64,000 nt of DNA, taken from the NCBI GenBank assembly GCA_963691875.1, contig OY829846.1:1536001-1600000 (forward strand), read 5' to 3'. Position 1 is the stretch's first letter; the number at the start of each line of letters is the position of its first letter. Below, piece by piece: positions 51,558-61,683 of this stretch. The notes under the pieces were generated by a model. The model saw only the letters and a program-made list of their open reading frames with translations, searched no databases and was not told the origin of the DNA. The translations under genes and the position numbers were made by a program. This DNA is from Aureliella sp. GTDB lineage: Bacteria > Planctomycetota > Planctomycetia > Pirellulales > Pirellulaceae.

Positions 51558-52670
51558 TTGTTGATGCCAAAACAGGAATGTCGCTGGGGAATTTTAGGAA
51601 CCGCGGGAATCGCACGAAAAAACTGGAAGGCGATCAAGCTCAGTGGCAATGCCTGTGTGACTGCGGTGGCCAGCCGTAGTGTCGAGTCGGCTCAACGCTT
51701 CATAGACGAGTGCTCCAGTCAAGTACCACCGACGACTACACCAGAGGCACTGGGTTCCTATGAGGACCTTCTTAGCCGTGATGACGTCGATGCAGTCTAC
51801 ATTCCCTTACCGACCGCATTACGTTTCGAGTGGGTCCTCAAGGCGGCGGAAGCTGGCAAGCATGTGATGGGGGAGAAGCCGGCAGCGACCAACGCAACGC
51901 AGGTGGCGGAGATGCTTGAGGTTTGCAAGCAAAACAACGTTCAATACATGGACGGTGTAATGTTCATGCACAGCGCGCGGCTTCCGATGATTAGGTCTGT
52001 TCTAGACGATCCGAATCAACTGGGTAAAGTTCGACGTTTGACCAGCCAGTTCTCGTTTGCTGGCGACGAAGAATTTTGCCGATCGAACATTCGAACTCAC
52101 AGCGAGCTCGAGCCGCACGGCTGCCTTGGCGACCTTGGCTGGTATTGCTCTCGGATGTTCATGTGGATCTTGAGGGGAGAAATGCCGTCGGAGGTACGGG
52201 CCCGAGTCCTAACCCCTTTGCAAGGCCAGGGCAGCCCAGATAGCGTTCCGGGTGAATTCACTGCGGAGCTAACTTTCGCCGACGGTGTAACAGCTTGTTT
52301 CTATAATTCGTTCATCACTGAGAACCAGCAATATGTTTGTGCCAGTGGTGACAAAGGTTGGATGCGGCTAGACGATTTCGTCCTGCCATATCATGGGGCA
52401 GAGCTAGCGATCAATGTGGCACAAGACCGATTTGAAGTCGACAACTGCGAATTCCATATGGAGCAGCATCATCGTCGCCTGGCAGTCCGCGAGTATGACT
52501 CCAATCAGCCCGGCTCGCAGGAAGTTCGGTTGTTCCAGAAGTTCTCCGATTTGGTTAACAAAGGTGAACTGGATCCGACTTGGCCCGAATGGACACTCAA
52601 GACTCAAAAAGTCCTAGATGCGTGCTTCGAGTCTTCGAAGCAAGATGGTGCTGTGGTCCAGATCACGTGA
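51558..52670 (+). CDS. Gfo/Idh/MocA family oxidoreductase
   Basis: RWGILGTAGIA, DAVYIPLP, GKHVMGEKP, GCLGDLGWY. Confidence 0.93.
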   Translation: MLMPKQECRWGILGTAGIARKNWKAIKLSGNACVTAVASRSVESAQRFIDECSSQVPPTTTPEALGSYEDLLSRDDVDAVYIPLPTALRFEWVLKAAEAGKHVMGEKPAATNATQVAEMLEVCKQNNVQYMDGVMFMHSARLPMIRSVLDDPNQLGKVRRLTSQFSFAGDEEFCRSNIRTHSELEPHGCLGDLGWYCSRMFMWILRGEMPSEVRARVLTPLQGQGSPDSVPGEFTAELTFADGVTACFYNSFITENQQYVCASGDKGWMRLDDFVLPYHGAELAINVAQDRFEVDNCEFHMEQHHRRLAVREYDSNQPGSQEVRLFQKFSDLVNKGELDPTWPEWTLKTQKVLDACFESSKQDGAVVQIT

Positions 52671-52712
52671 TCGCCCTGCAGGGATCCGTGTCGCTAGAAG
52701 AGCTTCTATCCG

Positions 52713-54817
52713 CTATTTAAGACGCACAATTCGTTCGGCTCGGATGTGAGTTTTCTGTAGCTGTGGAAGGTAGCCGCGCAAGCCTTTGACTCCAACCGGT
52801 TGGTTGAGGTTTAAATTCAGGTTCATTCCAGGCAGACCACTCACGTACGCTATAACCTGGCCTTGCTGGTCGGTCAGTGCATGTGTTGGTTGTCCCGGTC
52901 CTGCCATGATGGTTTGTACCAAGTAACCCGTGGCGGTAAAGGAACTCAGATTCGTGCTGGACGGACTGCTCTCAGGGCCCTGGTAAGCAGCTTTGCTAAC
53001 GGCAGGCGTTGAGGAATTTCTGGGGACAAAACTGGCAGTACTGATGTTTCTGCCTGCGCTACTTGGCAGACCCACTCTAAAGTTTGCACCTGGGACAAAG
53101 GCACTGCGATGTGCGTGTTGCTGGAACTCGTCGATTCTCTCCAGCAGTAGACGCGCCTGGCCTCGCTCGATGGGAGTTGCTCCATGCTCGACGAACTGAG
53201 TCACGCGGCTGCGGATGGGTTCAAGATTCCACTGCCCCGTCGGCTTGGTCACCATTTCGCTGAGGGCAAGCTGCAATTGATCCAGCTCCGAGCTAATCGA
53301 CAGATCACTTGCGGGAGCTGCCCGATTGGCACTTGAATCCTTGACGCCGTACCAATCGAAACTTCCAGTTCCAGAAGAAGCTTGAGAGAGGCTCGATGCA
53401 TTGCTCGCTAGCAACGCGGAATTCCTGACACTGCTTCCCATTCCAACTCCCGTGTCAATCGCACTGGGGCTCGTAGCATAAGCATCTGCACCAAGAGAAT
53501 CTGTTTGACTTCCAAACCTGGAACCAAGTCGGCTGAGCGAGTCACGGAGACTTGCTGTGAGCGGCGGACGAAGCTCCGATTCGGCTCCAGCCTGCGGGTA
53601 TCCTCTTAAGCGATTGTGTTCAAGCAAGTTGGGGTCGGTCCAAGGTTCGAGACGATCAAGTGGTTGCGGCGGAACGTAGCCACTGGTACTGTTCTGACCG
53701 CGAGTCTCGTAAGCAGGTTGGACGATTCTTGGCCGAACCGGCGCGCTTTTGTGAACTGGCTTGGGCATCTTCAGGCTGAAGGGATCGTGGGCAAGCGGGT
53801 CTTGCATGGGCCCCCGACGTCCAATCAACCTTTCGAGCCATGTGCAACGCAAGCCATCGTCACCTAGTTCAAAGGCATGCCAGCCATCCCAACGACGTTT
53901 TGGCTTCGCAGCTTCCTCGTAGATGACTCCTCCATCTTCGTAAACTGCACCACCGTCTTCGAAAACGACACCACCGTCTTCGTAAAAAATGGAACCGTCG
54001 TCGACAATAATCTCGCCTTCATAAATTTCGTCGCCAAGATATTCTTCAGCAATAATTTCTTCAGGGTTGTCAAGGATTGATCCTGGCTTCTTGGGTGGCA
54101 AATCGTCGAAGACTCCGTCTTCTGCTGGCTCTTCGGTCGGAGTTACTTCCTCATCTTCCGATCCATTTTCTTGATATGAAGCTGGAATTAGACTGCTCGA
54201 CTTCTCGGCACTAGCCAGAACGACGACCCCAGAGTTTTGCTCATCCGTAGAAATAGGTAAATCCTTTTTCGAGACCTCGTTAGCATCCAAGGTCACCTGG
54301 CTTTCATGCACCCAACGGAACTCGCCAGAGGGAGGGGCCACGCGATACCAGAGCACAGGGTTGCCTTCTGAGTCATTTTGCGTAGACTCGCCGAGGACCG
54401 TCAGTTGTTCGCCTTGCTGAAGTTTGACTTGCCAGCGAAATCGTTTTGCCGTGCCAAGTGAAGTACCAATCCAACTGACCCCTTCCGAGTCAGTGACTTC
54501 GATAACTTTACCACCAGGCAACAGGTACGCATCTTTAGCGCGAACCCAACTAAAACTGCCGTTGGGTGGTCGAATTCCATACCAGCCGTCGGTCGTCTGG
54601 CTGAAAGCCTTGAAGCTATCACCCTTGGTGGTCCGTGAAGTGGCGTAGTAGTCTTCGCCGGCCCACTTCGCACTTCGACTATCTTGCCCTTTGCGTAGAG
54701 CGTCTGCGGTGTATTGAGCTTTTTGAGCCGGATTTCTTGTGCTGTGGCTGTGGCAAAAGAATGCAACAGAGTGCAGAAAGCCAAGATCGCTGCCAGCCAA
54801 AGATATCGTGGGGACAT
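52713..54817 (-). pseudogene. Secreted SH3-like domain protein with a 1-bp frameshift near 54660
   Basis: The signal peptide and ..VEVRSGP are in one frame; GEDYYATS..GWYGIRPP..WYRVAPPSGEFRWV are in another. Adding one base restores VRSGPGEDYYAT. Confidence 0.8.
53917..54000. repeat. Four imperfect 21-bp tandem repeats within the SH3-like CDS
   Basis: tcgtagatgactcctccatct / tcgtaaactgcaccaccgtct / tcgaaaacgacaccaccgtct / tcgtaaaaaatggaaccgtcg, encoding heptads of the type DGGxx(Y/F)E. Confidence 0.8.
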
Positions 54818-55102
54818 GCTGTCCATGTTGTTGCCCGTACAAAAACCGATCCGACCGTCGAACTCTGCCCCCACTCGAGTCGCAACGGCGCATAGAGAGC
54901 ACATCGAGAGCGCACACTGCCCTCGTCTCTAATACACGCTAGCTACTGTATTGCACAGTTCGCATCAAGAGAGGATTGGACAACTAAGACGTTTCAGCTG
55001 TAAAGGCAGAGCAACTCAAGATGCTAGCATTTTCAGTTTCTGGATGCATCACCCATTCTAAGAGCGTGGCAGGATCGGGAATGCGGCAGTTTAGCGGCGA
55101 GA

Positions 55103-56995
55103 TTACTCGTCGGTAGTCATGCCGAGTTGTCCCATCTTGCGGTACAGGTTGGAGCGATGCATGCCGAGCTGCTTAGCTGCCTGAGCCAAATTACCTTGGC
55201 TTGCTTCCACGTGCCGCGTGATGTACTGCTTCTGAAACACATGCGTTGCGTCGGTTAGAGACATATTGGACGGAATATGCGCAACCTCGCTCTCCGAGCC
55301 AGGCGAGAGCACAAAGGCAAGATCAGTCTCTTCGACTTTGTCGCCCTTCGTAAGATAAGCAACACGTTCCATCAAGTTACGGAGCTCGCGAACGTTACCA
55401 GGCCAAGCATGAGTCAGCAGTCGGCTTTTGGCCGAGTCTGAAAATACTGGCGGTCGTCGACCGATCTGGTGTCCGAACTGTTCCAAGAAGTGCTGAGCCA
55501 ACACTACGATGTCCTGGCCTCGTTCGCGAAGAGGTGGTAGCTGCAGCGTGACGACATTCAGTCGGAAGTACAAGTCCTCGCGGAATCTTTTCTCTCGGAC
55601 CAACTTCACCAGATCTTGATTCGTGGCCGCAATAACTCGCACGTCAGTTTGAATCGGTTTCGAGCCACCGACGCGTACGACAACTTTGTCCTCCAGCACG
55701 CGCAGCAATTTCGCTTGACCGCTTAAGCTCATTTCGCCAATCTCGTCGAGCAATAAGGTGCCTCCCGAGGCTACTTCGAATTTCCCGGCGCGGTCCGAAA
55801 TGGCATCGGTGAAGGCTCCTTTCTCGTGACCGAACAACTCACTCTCCAGTAGCGTTTCAGCGATCGCCGCACAATTAATGGCAACGAAATCTTGGTCGCG
55901 TCGGTCACTTTGCAGATGCAAGCTGCGAGCAACGACCTCCTTTCCCGTACCATTCTCGCCGAGCACCAGAACAGCCAGTTCCGTAGGAGCGACTCGTTCG
56001 ATGGTGTCTCGCAATGCCTCGATCTGCGGGCATTGACCGACGACCTGAAGCGTATCCGAAGCACTTTGCACGAGCCGGTCGCGAGTAGCAACGAGTTCGG
56101 CTATCTGCTGAGTATTCTCAACGGCTGCAGCAGCATGCTGTGCCAGCTCAACCAAGAATCGTTCGTCAGCAGCAGAAAAACTACCGCTGTGGTGGTTGAG
56201 GACTTCGAAAACACCGATGGGCTTCTGCTTCCGGGATAGCAGCGGTACTGCAACCAAGGAGCGAGTCAGGTAGCCCAGCTGCTTTCCAACTTTAGCATTG
56301 ATGGCTTCAGGATCGCCCGAGTCATCCCAACGCTGCGATTCACCAGATTTGAGGACTTGTCCAGCGACCCCCTGGTCATCGCGAATGCGTAGCGGCTCGC
56401 CTTCTACACCTAAGGCGGGATGGCCTACCAGTTCCTTTGAGTCTTTATCCCACAGGAATATCGAGGCACGATCTCCATGTAGAACCCGAGCCGCAGCTTG
56501 TGCCATGTTATTTAGCAGATCTGTCAGGTCTTGGCTGCGTTGCCATTCCGCGGCAAGCTGTAGCATTATCTGAAGCTGTGACACTTGTCCCGAAAGCTCG
56601 CTGTGATCACGCGCTATCACGAGGCCACTTCGCAGCAGCTGCCCCACACTCAGCGCTTCCTCAAGTTCCAAGCTCGATGGCGGACTGACAAGGAGCACTT
56701 CAGCTGGTGGCAGTTTGCCAGTTATCGGAATCGCGAGCCAGCCATCCGCACTGAGGATTTCCATCTGGTCGCTCGCGTTGGCGGCTAGCTCAATCGGCAG
56801 CTGTGATAGAGAGCCTGCCGCGCCCGCCACTGCCCAATGCGAAACATCCTGGTGAACCCACGCGACTCGCACTCCAGCCAGTTGAGCGCTAACCGCGCTG
56901 AGAGCGTTGTCGCGAAACTCGTCAACACTTTGGCTGCGCCCGACTGCTGCAAGCAGTTCATTCGCGATATTCGTTGCATTTGCCCCCGAGGCCAT
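55103..56995 (-). CDS. Sigma-54-dependent Fis-family activator with GAF domain
   Basis: GENGTGKE, ESELFGHEKGAFTDA, LDEIGE, FREDLYFRL, WPGNVREL, C-terminal HTH. Confidence 0.95.
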   Translation of the reverse strand: MASGANATNIANELLAAVGRSQSVDEFRDNALSAVSAQLAGVRVAWVHQDVSHWAVAGAAGSLSQLPIELAANASDQMEILSADGWLAIPITGKLPPAEVLLVSPPSSLELEEALSVGQLLRSGLVIARDHSELSGQVSQLQIMLQLAAEWQRSQDLTDLLNNMAQAAARVLHGDRASIFLWDKDSKELVGHPALGVEGEPLRIRDDQGVAGQVLKSGESQRWDDSGDPEAINAKVGKQLGYLTRSLVAVPLLSRKQKPIGVFEVLNHHSGSFSAADERFLVELAQHAAAAVENTQQIAELVATRDRLVQSASDTLQVVGQCPQIEALRDTIERVAPTELAVLVLGENGTGKEVVARSLHLQSDRRDQDFVAINCAAIAETLLESELFGHEKGAFTDAISDRAGKFEVASGGTLLLDEIGEMSLSGQAKLLRVLEDKVVVRVGGSKPIQTDVRVIAATNQDLVKLVREKRFREDLYFRLNVVTLQLPPLRERGQDIVVLAQHFLEQFGHQIGRRPPVFSDSAKSRLLTHAWPGNVRELRNLMERVAYLTKGDKVEETDLAFVLSPGSESEVAHIPSNMSLTDATHVFQKQYITRHVEASQGNLAQAAKQLGMHRSNLYRKMGQLGMTTDE

Positions 56996-57031
56996 TCGAC
57001 TAACCGTCTCTTATTCGTGAAATTTGTTGTG

Positions 57032-58861
57032 CTACGTCTTCGGCGAGAAGAAGCGATCCACAACTTCTTGCTCTGGTGGCTCAGTCACGAGAGAAACAAC
57101 AATCATGACAACCGTTGCGACCAGCATGATCATGGTCACAGGCATGAACTCGTAGGTCTCTGTCCCTAGCGCCCACTCAATCATGTAACCACGATTGGTG
57201 GCGTAGTTGGATGCACTAAAGTGATACCACCATGTACCGGCTGCAGCAATCACGCTGGTATAGGCGCCTGTTTTAGTTAGGCGACGCCAGTAAAGAGCGG
57301 CGACTACGAGCGGAAAGAGGCTGGAAAAACCTGAGAAGCACCACACGCCAAGCGTGAAAACACTTACCGGATGAGACAGGCTCAGCAGATAAGTAATGGC
57401 GACGATCAGTACGATGAATCCACGTGTGATCCAGACCTGCTGTTTTTCGGAGAATCGATCCTTACCCATGTAGTAAGTGAAGATGTCGTTCTCAAACATC
57501 GCCCCCATGCACAGGAACTGGCTATCGAGCGAAGACATAATGGCGGCCAAAATTCCAGCCGTCAGAAACCCCGCGAGGAGGTCTGAAGTCTGTGTTTTCA
57601 CAAGAAAAGGCAATATCGCATTCGGATTGCTCGGCAATGGCGGCACCGGTGGGACAAGTTGTGTGGTGGCCCAAACACCGATCAACACACATGGAACCCA
57701 AACAATCATGATGAAAATGGGGTGAGCCACGACTGGCAACTTGAAGCTATCGGCACTCTTGGCCGTCAGCCAGTGCTGGAAGATGTGAGGGAACATCCCC
57801 ACCGACAATGGAATCAGTAAGTACGTGAAAAACTTGGTCTTTGAGATGTGCTCACGTGTCAGTTTGTCGTGCCCAGCTGCCTGGGTCGCGGATGCTAAGT
57901 TTTCAAAGAAACCTGGTCGCTCGTCGGGCGATATTTTCTGATCTTGATTCCTATCGAACTTGCTGAGCAAAGTCCAACGCTTGCGAGCGTTTTCTTCGGT
58001 CAATTCTAGCGATTGCTTCGCTTGAGCGATCGCCTCCTCCGCATTTTCGAAGTCCTCTTCCCCGCCGTCTCGGATTGCCTTCTTCAATGCTGCTTCTCCC
58101 GCAGCCAGCTTGGCTTTCGCGGTGGTCTCTTCCATCGCCACCAACTCTTCAAAACTCGTTGTTCCATCCTGATTTTTGTCAAACGCCGAGCCGCTACCTA
58201 GCTTGTTTGCTATGACGACGAAAGTGACGAGCCCAAGCACCATGAAGACGATGGTTTGAAAAGCGTTTGCCCAAGCTGTTCCTCGCATGCCGCCGAAGAA
58301 CACATAGATGAGCACAACCAAACAAATGATCAGAGATCCGAGCCATGGCGGAAGCCCGCCATGAGTTGCCGGTGAATCCGTTGGGAACATCCCTGGAAAC
58401 GCTCCACTTGTCATTTGCTGGATCGTACTGCCACTGGCCAAAACGCCGATCAACAAGTAAGGAATGATGAGGCCGACCAAAATCGGAAACAGTAACAATC
58501 CAATACGATCAGATTGCAGGCGGTCACGAAAGAATTGAATCTGAGTGGTGTAGCCGTACCTGCGTCCCAACGACCAAAGCTTGACGCCAATGAGAAAGAA
58601 GCACAGCGAATGAACGATGCCGCTTGATGAAGCGAGCATGCCGTAGACACCTATGCCCTCTTTGAATGCCTCTCCGGAGGAACCGACCAAGGCGAAGGCG
58701 GTCATCGTGGTGCCGAACAGCGACATCAACAACAAGAATGGGCCAATTGAATGACTGGCCTGCATGTAGTCTTTTTTTGTACCGCGAAACATGGTGCTTG
58801 CGATAAGCCCAAGCCCCAGCAGCAACCCGAGGTAGATCATGATGATCAGGAACTGAGTCAT
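57032..58861 (-). CDS. Sodium:solute symporter (SSS) family protein with an EF-hand insertion
   Basis: Many TM segments; YVFFGGMRGTAWANAFQ, AAIMSSLDSQ, ALYWRR. True start MTQF overlaps the upstream stop (ATGA). Confidence 0.93.
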   Translation of the reverse strand: MTQFLIIMIYLGLLLGLGLIASTMFRGTKKDYMQASHSIGPFLLLMSLFGTTMTAFALVGSSGEAFKEGIGVYGMLASSSGIVHSLCFFLIGVKLWSLGRRYGYTTQIQFFRDRLQSDRIGLLLFPILVGLIIPYLLIGVLASGSTIQQMTSGAFPGMFPTDSPATHGGLPPWLGSLIICLVVLIYVFFGGMRGTAWANAFQTIVFMVLGLVTFVVIANKLGSGSAFDKNQDGTTSFEELVAMEETTAKAKLAAGEAALKKAIRDGGEEDFENAEEAIAQAKQSLELTEENARKRWTLLSKFDRNQDQKISPDERPGFFENLASATQAAGHDKLTREHISKTKFFTYLLIPLSVGMFPHIFQHWLTAKSADSFKLPVVAHPIFIMIVWVPCVLIGVWATTQLVPPVPPLPSNPNAILPFLVKTQTSDLLAGFLTAGILAAIMSSLDSQFLCMGAMFENDIFTYYMGKDRFSEKQQVWITRGFIVLIVAITYLLSLSHPVSVFTLGVWCFSGFSSLFPLVVAALYWRRLTKTGAYTSVIAAAGTWWYHFSASNYATNRGYMIEWALGTETYEFMPVTMIMLVATVVMIVVSLVTEPPEQEVVDRFFSPKT

Positions 58862-59109
58862 CGTGCATCCTCCGCCTCTATGGAGTCCGCAGCCGAGCTC
58901 TCTGTTTCGTAATCGGGCCAGGCAAATTTGGTGCCGAGGAACCAAGTCACTGCGGCGGCAACCGAGATGCAGGCGTGATAGAACAGCCCGATAGGAAGAA
59001 AGCCAAGCACGAGTTTGTCGTCGTGCCAAAAGAAGTTGTCTTGGTGAAGGACGATCAACAGCAGGACCAATCCCCACACCCAAAGCCCGGCGATTCTCTG
59101 TCCAGCCAT
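58858..59109 (-). CDS. DUF3311-like small membrane partner of the SSS transporter
   Basis: LHQDNFFW..LVLGFLPIGLFYH; 2 TM; translationally coupled to the symporter. Confidence 0.85.
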   Translation of the reverse strand: MAGQRIAGLWVWGLVLLLIVLHQDNFFWHDDKLVLGFLPIGLFYHACISVAAAVTWFLGTKFAWPDYETESSAADSIEAEDAR

Positions 59110-59369
59110 GAGTCGCGCTCAAATATCGTTAGCGTGGTACGAACAGAAACGGTCTGCTCAGAACGCACAGATCTTACCGCAAAACCCGGCGAGCATACAG
59201 AAGAGAGTGGGCTGAGTGAGCGGGACTAGCGGGAGCTGATGTGATCGAGTGAAGCCCAAGGCCCTGCGTCAAAAAACACAGCACGAACCTTGAGGCAGGT
59301 ACTCACTAGTGCCCTTACGATATTTGTTCCATCGCTGACGCGTCGGTTTTCCGCCAAATCAAAAGGCCG

Positions 59370-59522
59370 CTAGATCTTGGTCTTAAGAGCCATAAACCCA
59401 GAGACGACGAAAATACCTGCCACGATGCCCCACTGAGTTACATTCATCTCGTGGATCATCCAGTTGAAGTTATCGCTTGCTTTCTGGAACATTCCAAAGA
59501 AGAAATCAGTGAAGTAGCTCAT
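59370..59522 (-). CDS. Small membrane protein (50 aa)
   Basis: GGGGAA RBS-like sequence before MSYFTDFF; C-terminal TM QWGIVAGIFVVSGFMALK. Confidence 0.65.
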   Translation of the reverse strand: MSYFTDFFFGMFQKASDNFNWMIHEMNVTQWGIVAGIFVVSGFMALKTKI

Positions 59523-59838
59523 GGCATATTCCCCTAGACAGACTCTCAATACTGCACACCGCAAGTCTAGGCTCTGGATCGTGAATTGTGGTTAAACTCA
59601 CTCCCCAGATTGGGATGGCTGCCTGCAAAGTGTCCAGTCAAGACGATTATGCCAGCTCCAACTATACGAAAATGAAAGTTTAGCCTGCGACGAAGGTTTT
59701 ACAGTTTAATCTTATCTCTTACGGAATAATTGTCCACAAACCGCTCGTTTGAAGGAAGGAAACTTGCCCTCAACGGCGGGGCTTGTCTATACTTTGAAGC
59801 CTTCTTGTATTCTATTGACTTTTCTGAGGACTTTTCAA

Positions 59839-60834
59839 ATGAAGAAACGATCGGGTTTCACCCTGGTTGAACTTCTCGTCGTGATTGCCATCATCGGCAT
59901 TCTGGTGGGATTGCTACTTCCAGCAGTACAAGCTGCTCGAGAGGCTGCAAGACGGATGCAGTGCTCCAACAATCTGAAGCAGTTGGGCCTTGCTTGCTTG
60001 AACTACGAGAGCGCACACAAGCGTTTTCCTCCTGGGCACGTCTGGCCGCGAACGGTTGGCCAAAATGGGAATCAAGAGTCTTGGGGTTGGACCGTGCTGA
60101 TCATGCCCTTCATGGAACAGACACCATTGTTCAATCAATTGCGTGTGACTGAGATGTCGCTTGCAGATTACCTCGCCCGCGCGACTCCTCAGCAATTCGC
60201 TCTACTGCAACAAGATATCGCGACTCTTCGTTGCCCGAGCGACACCGAAGGAGATTTAGCCAAATCGTTCCGCCACTGGAACGGAGGCTGGGGAACCAAC
60301 CAAGGCGGCTGGGGTCGTTGGGAGTCTGGTCTTTCTAACTACGTCTGCAACCGAGGCACGCGAAACAATTGGCAACGTCGTGACGACACCCATGGGATGT
60401 TCATGGAAATGCTGGCCGTTCGTATGGCAGATGTCACCGACGGTACCAGCAACACCTTCCTGATTGGTGAAAGAGACTCCAAATATGGTCGTGCGTCGAC
60501 CTGGCCCGGTGTCCGTAACCCTCAAGGGAACGTTCACCGTGGAATCTACATGCACACCGCGAATGTTCGTCCGCCAATCAACTCGAACTTCCCGAACGCT
60601 AACAGTACCAACCGTGGTGCCCGTGCTGGATTCGGTAGTTTGCACACTGGCGGTGCTCAGTTCTGCTACGTAGATGGTTCCGTACACTTCATCTCAGAGA
60701 ACATCGACTCTCGCCCTGACGCTTCGGGTGGATGTCGAATTTGGGATGTAACTCCTTGTGAGCCGGTTCACGGCACTTATGAACGTCTTGGACGTCGTAA
60801 CGACAACTTTGTTGTTCAGGATCCAACTCTATAA
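59839..60834 (+). CDS. DUF1559 prepilin-type N-terminal cleavage/methylation protein
   Basis: GFTLVELLVVIAIIGILVGLLLPAVQAAREAARR..C.NNLKQ, DGTSNT, H-X9-DG (HTGGAQFCYVDG). Confidence 0.96.
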   Translation: MKKRSGFTLVELLVVIAIIGILVGLLLPAVQAAREAARRMQCSNNLKQLGLACLNYESAHKRFPPGHVWPRTVGQNGNQESWGWTVLIMPFMEQTPLFNQLRVTEMSLADYLARATPQQFALLQQDIATLRCPSDTEGDLAKSFRHWNGGWGTNQGGWGRWESGLSNYVCNRGTRNNWQRRDDTHGMFMEMLAVRMADVTDGTSNTFLIGERDSKYGRASTWPGVRNPQGNVHRGIYMHTANVRPPINSNFPNANSTNRGARAGFGSLHTGGAQFCYVDGSVHFISENIDSRPDASGGCRIWDVTPCEPVHGTYERLGRRNDNFVVQDPTL

Positions 60835-60871
60835 TTGCCGCTAGAACGATTAGCGATAACATGTAAAATTC

Positions 60872-60907
60872 AAGGGCGACGCGGGATTTCTTCGGGTCGC
60901 CCTTTTT
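60872..60907 (+). terminator. Rho-independent terminator
   Basis: aagggcgac...gtcgcccttttt. Confidence 0.75.
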
Positions 60908-61018
60908 AATTCACTCTGCATTCCAATCCCCTTCGGATTGCTTCACAGGAGCGGAATAGCGAGAGCTTTTTTCTGGTTTGCTAGTCGCGAGTAGCCCCCC
61001 AACAAATAGGATTCCGAG

Positions 61019-61444
61019 ATGTTTAGGTATTTTTCTGCTGCTGCTGTAGTTTTGGCTTTTGTAGGTTGTGGCTCCAGTGATATAGGCTACGTGAGCGGAA
61101 CGGTAACGATGGATGACAAGCCGCTCGCTGGAGCGGTCGTGGAGTTCTTCCCTGAGCCTTCTGGCGCTCCTGCAATCGGACTAACCGATAAAGATGGCAA
61201 GTACACGCTCACCTTGGGCCGAGACACTAAGGGTGTGAAGGTTGGCGAAAATAAGGTTCAGATCTCTACCGCTGATGGCGGAGCAGGCGATGACGATGGA
61301 TATGGTGCGGCTGGAAAGGAAACCGTCCCCGCGCGTTACAACGTCAAAACGGAACTTAAAGAAACGGTGAAATCTGGAAACAACACCATCGATTTCAAAC
61401 TCGAAAGTGGTGGTGAAATCATCCAAACCCCAGAAAACTACTAG
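61019..61444 (+). CDS. Carboxypeptidase-regulatory-like domain lipoprotein (usual DUF1559 partner)
   Basis: FVGCG lipobox, VSGTVTMDDKPL, TDKDGKY, VPARYN. Confidence 0.9.
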   Translation: MFRYFSAAAVVLAFVGCGSSDIGYVSGTVTMDDKPLAGAVVEFFPEPSGAPAIGLTDKDGKYTLTLGRDTKGVKVGENKVQISTADGGAGDDDGYGAAGKETVPARYNVKTELKETVKSGNNTIDFKLESGGEIIQTPENY

Positions 61445-61505
61445 GGGATTCACACCGATTTCGGCAAAAGAATTTAAGGGTTACAAAAACGAACTTTTTG
61501 TGGCC

Positions 61506-61533
61506 TTGCGAGGTTAAGAAGCCGACGTATAAT
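61506..61533 (+). promoter_or_regulatory. Sigma70 promoter of tRNA-Asp
   Basis: TTGCGA, 16 bp, TATAAT. Confidence 0.7.
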
Positions 61534-61558
61534 CCGTGAGTTCCCTCAGTAAAGTGTT

Positions 61559-61632
61559 GGCCCAGTGGCGCAATTGGTTAGCGCATCGGACTGTCGATCC
61601 GAAGGTTGCGAGTTCGAGCCTCGTCTGGGTCG
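61559..61632 (+). tRNA. tRNA-Asp (GTC); CCA not encoded
   Basis: Acceptor stem GGCCCAG/CTGGGTC, D arm, anticodon arm TCGGA-ctGTCga-TCCGA, T loop GTTCGAG. Confidence 0.96.
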
Positions 61633-61641
61633 CTGAAAAAT

Positions 61642-61683
61642 AAGCCGTTTCATCAAGCTGTCTGCTGGTGAAACGGCTTTTTT
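61642..61683 (+). terminator. Terminator after the tRNA
   Basis: aagccgtttcatca...tggtgaaacggctttttt. Confidence 0.8.

Noticed and set aside
53917..54000. CRISPR-like periodicity
   Set aside because: Contiguous degenerate 21-bp coding repeats with no spacers and no cas genes.
58862..59122. N-terminal 87 aa of the 696-aa symporter ORF
   Set aside because: Overlaps the DUF3311-like gene in another frame; the real start is MTQF at 58861.
59839..61444. DUF1559 plus lipoprotein pair as a novel system
   Set aside because: A well-known, highly repeated gene pair in planctomycete genomes.
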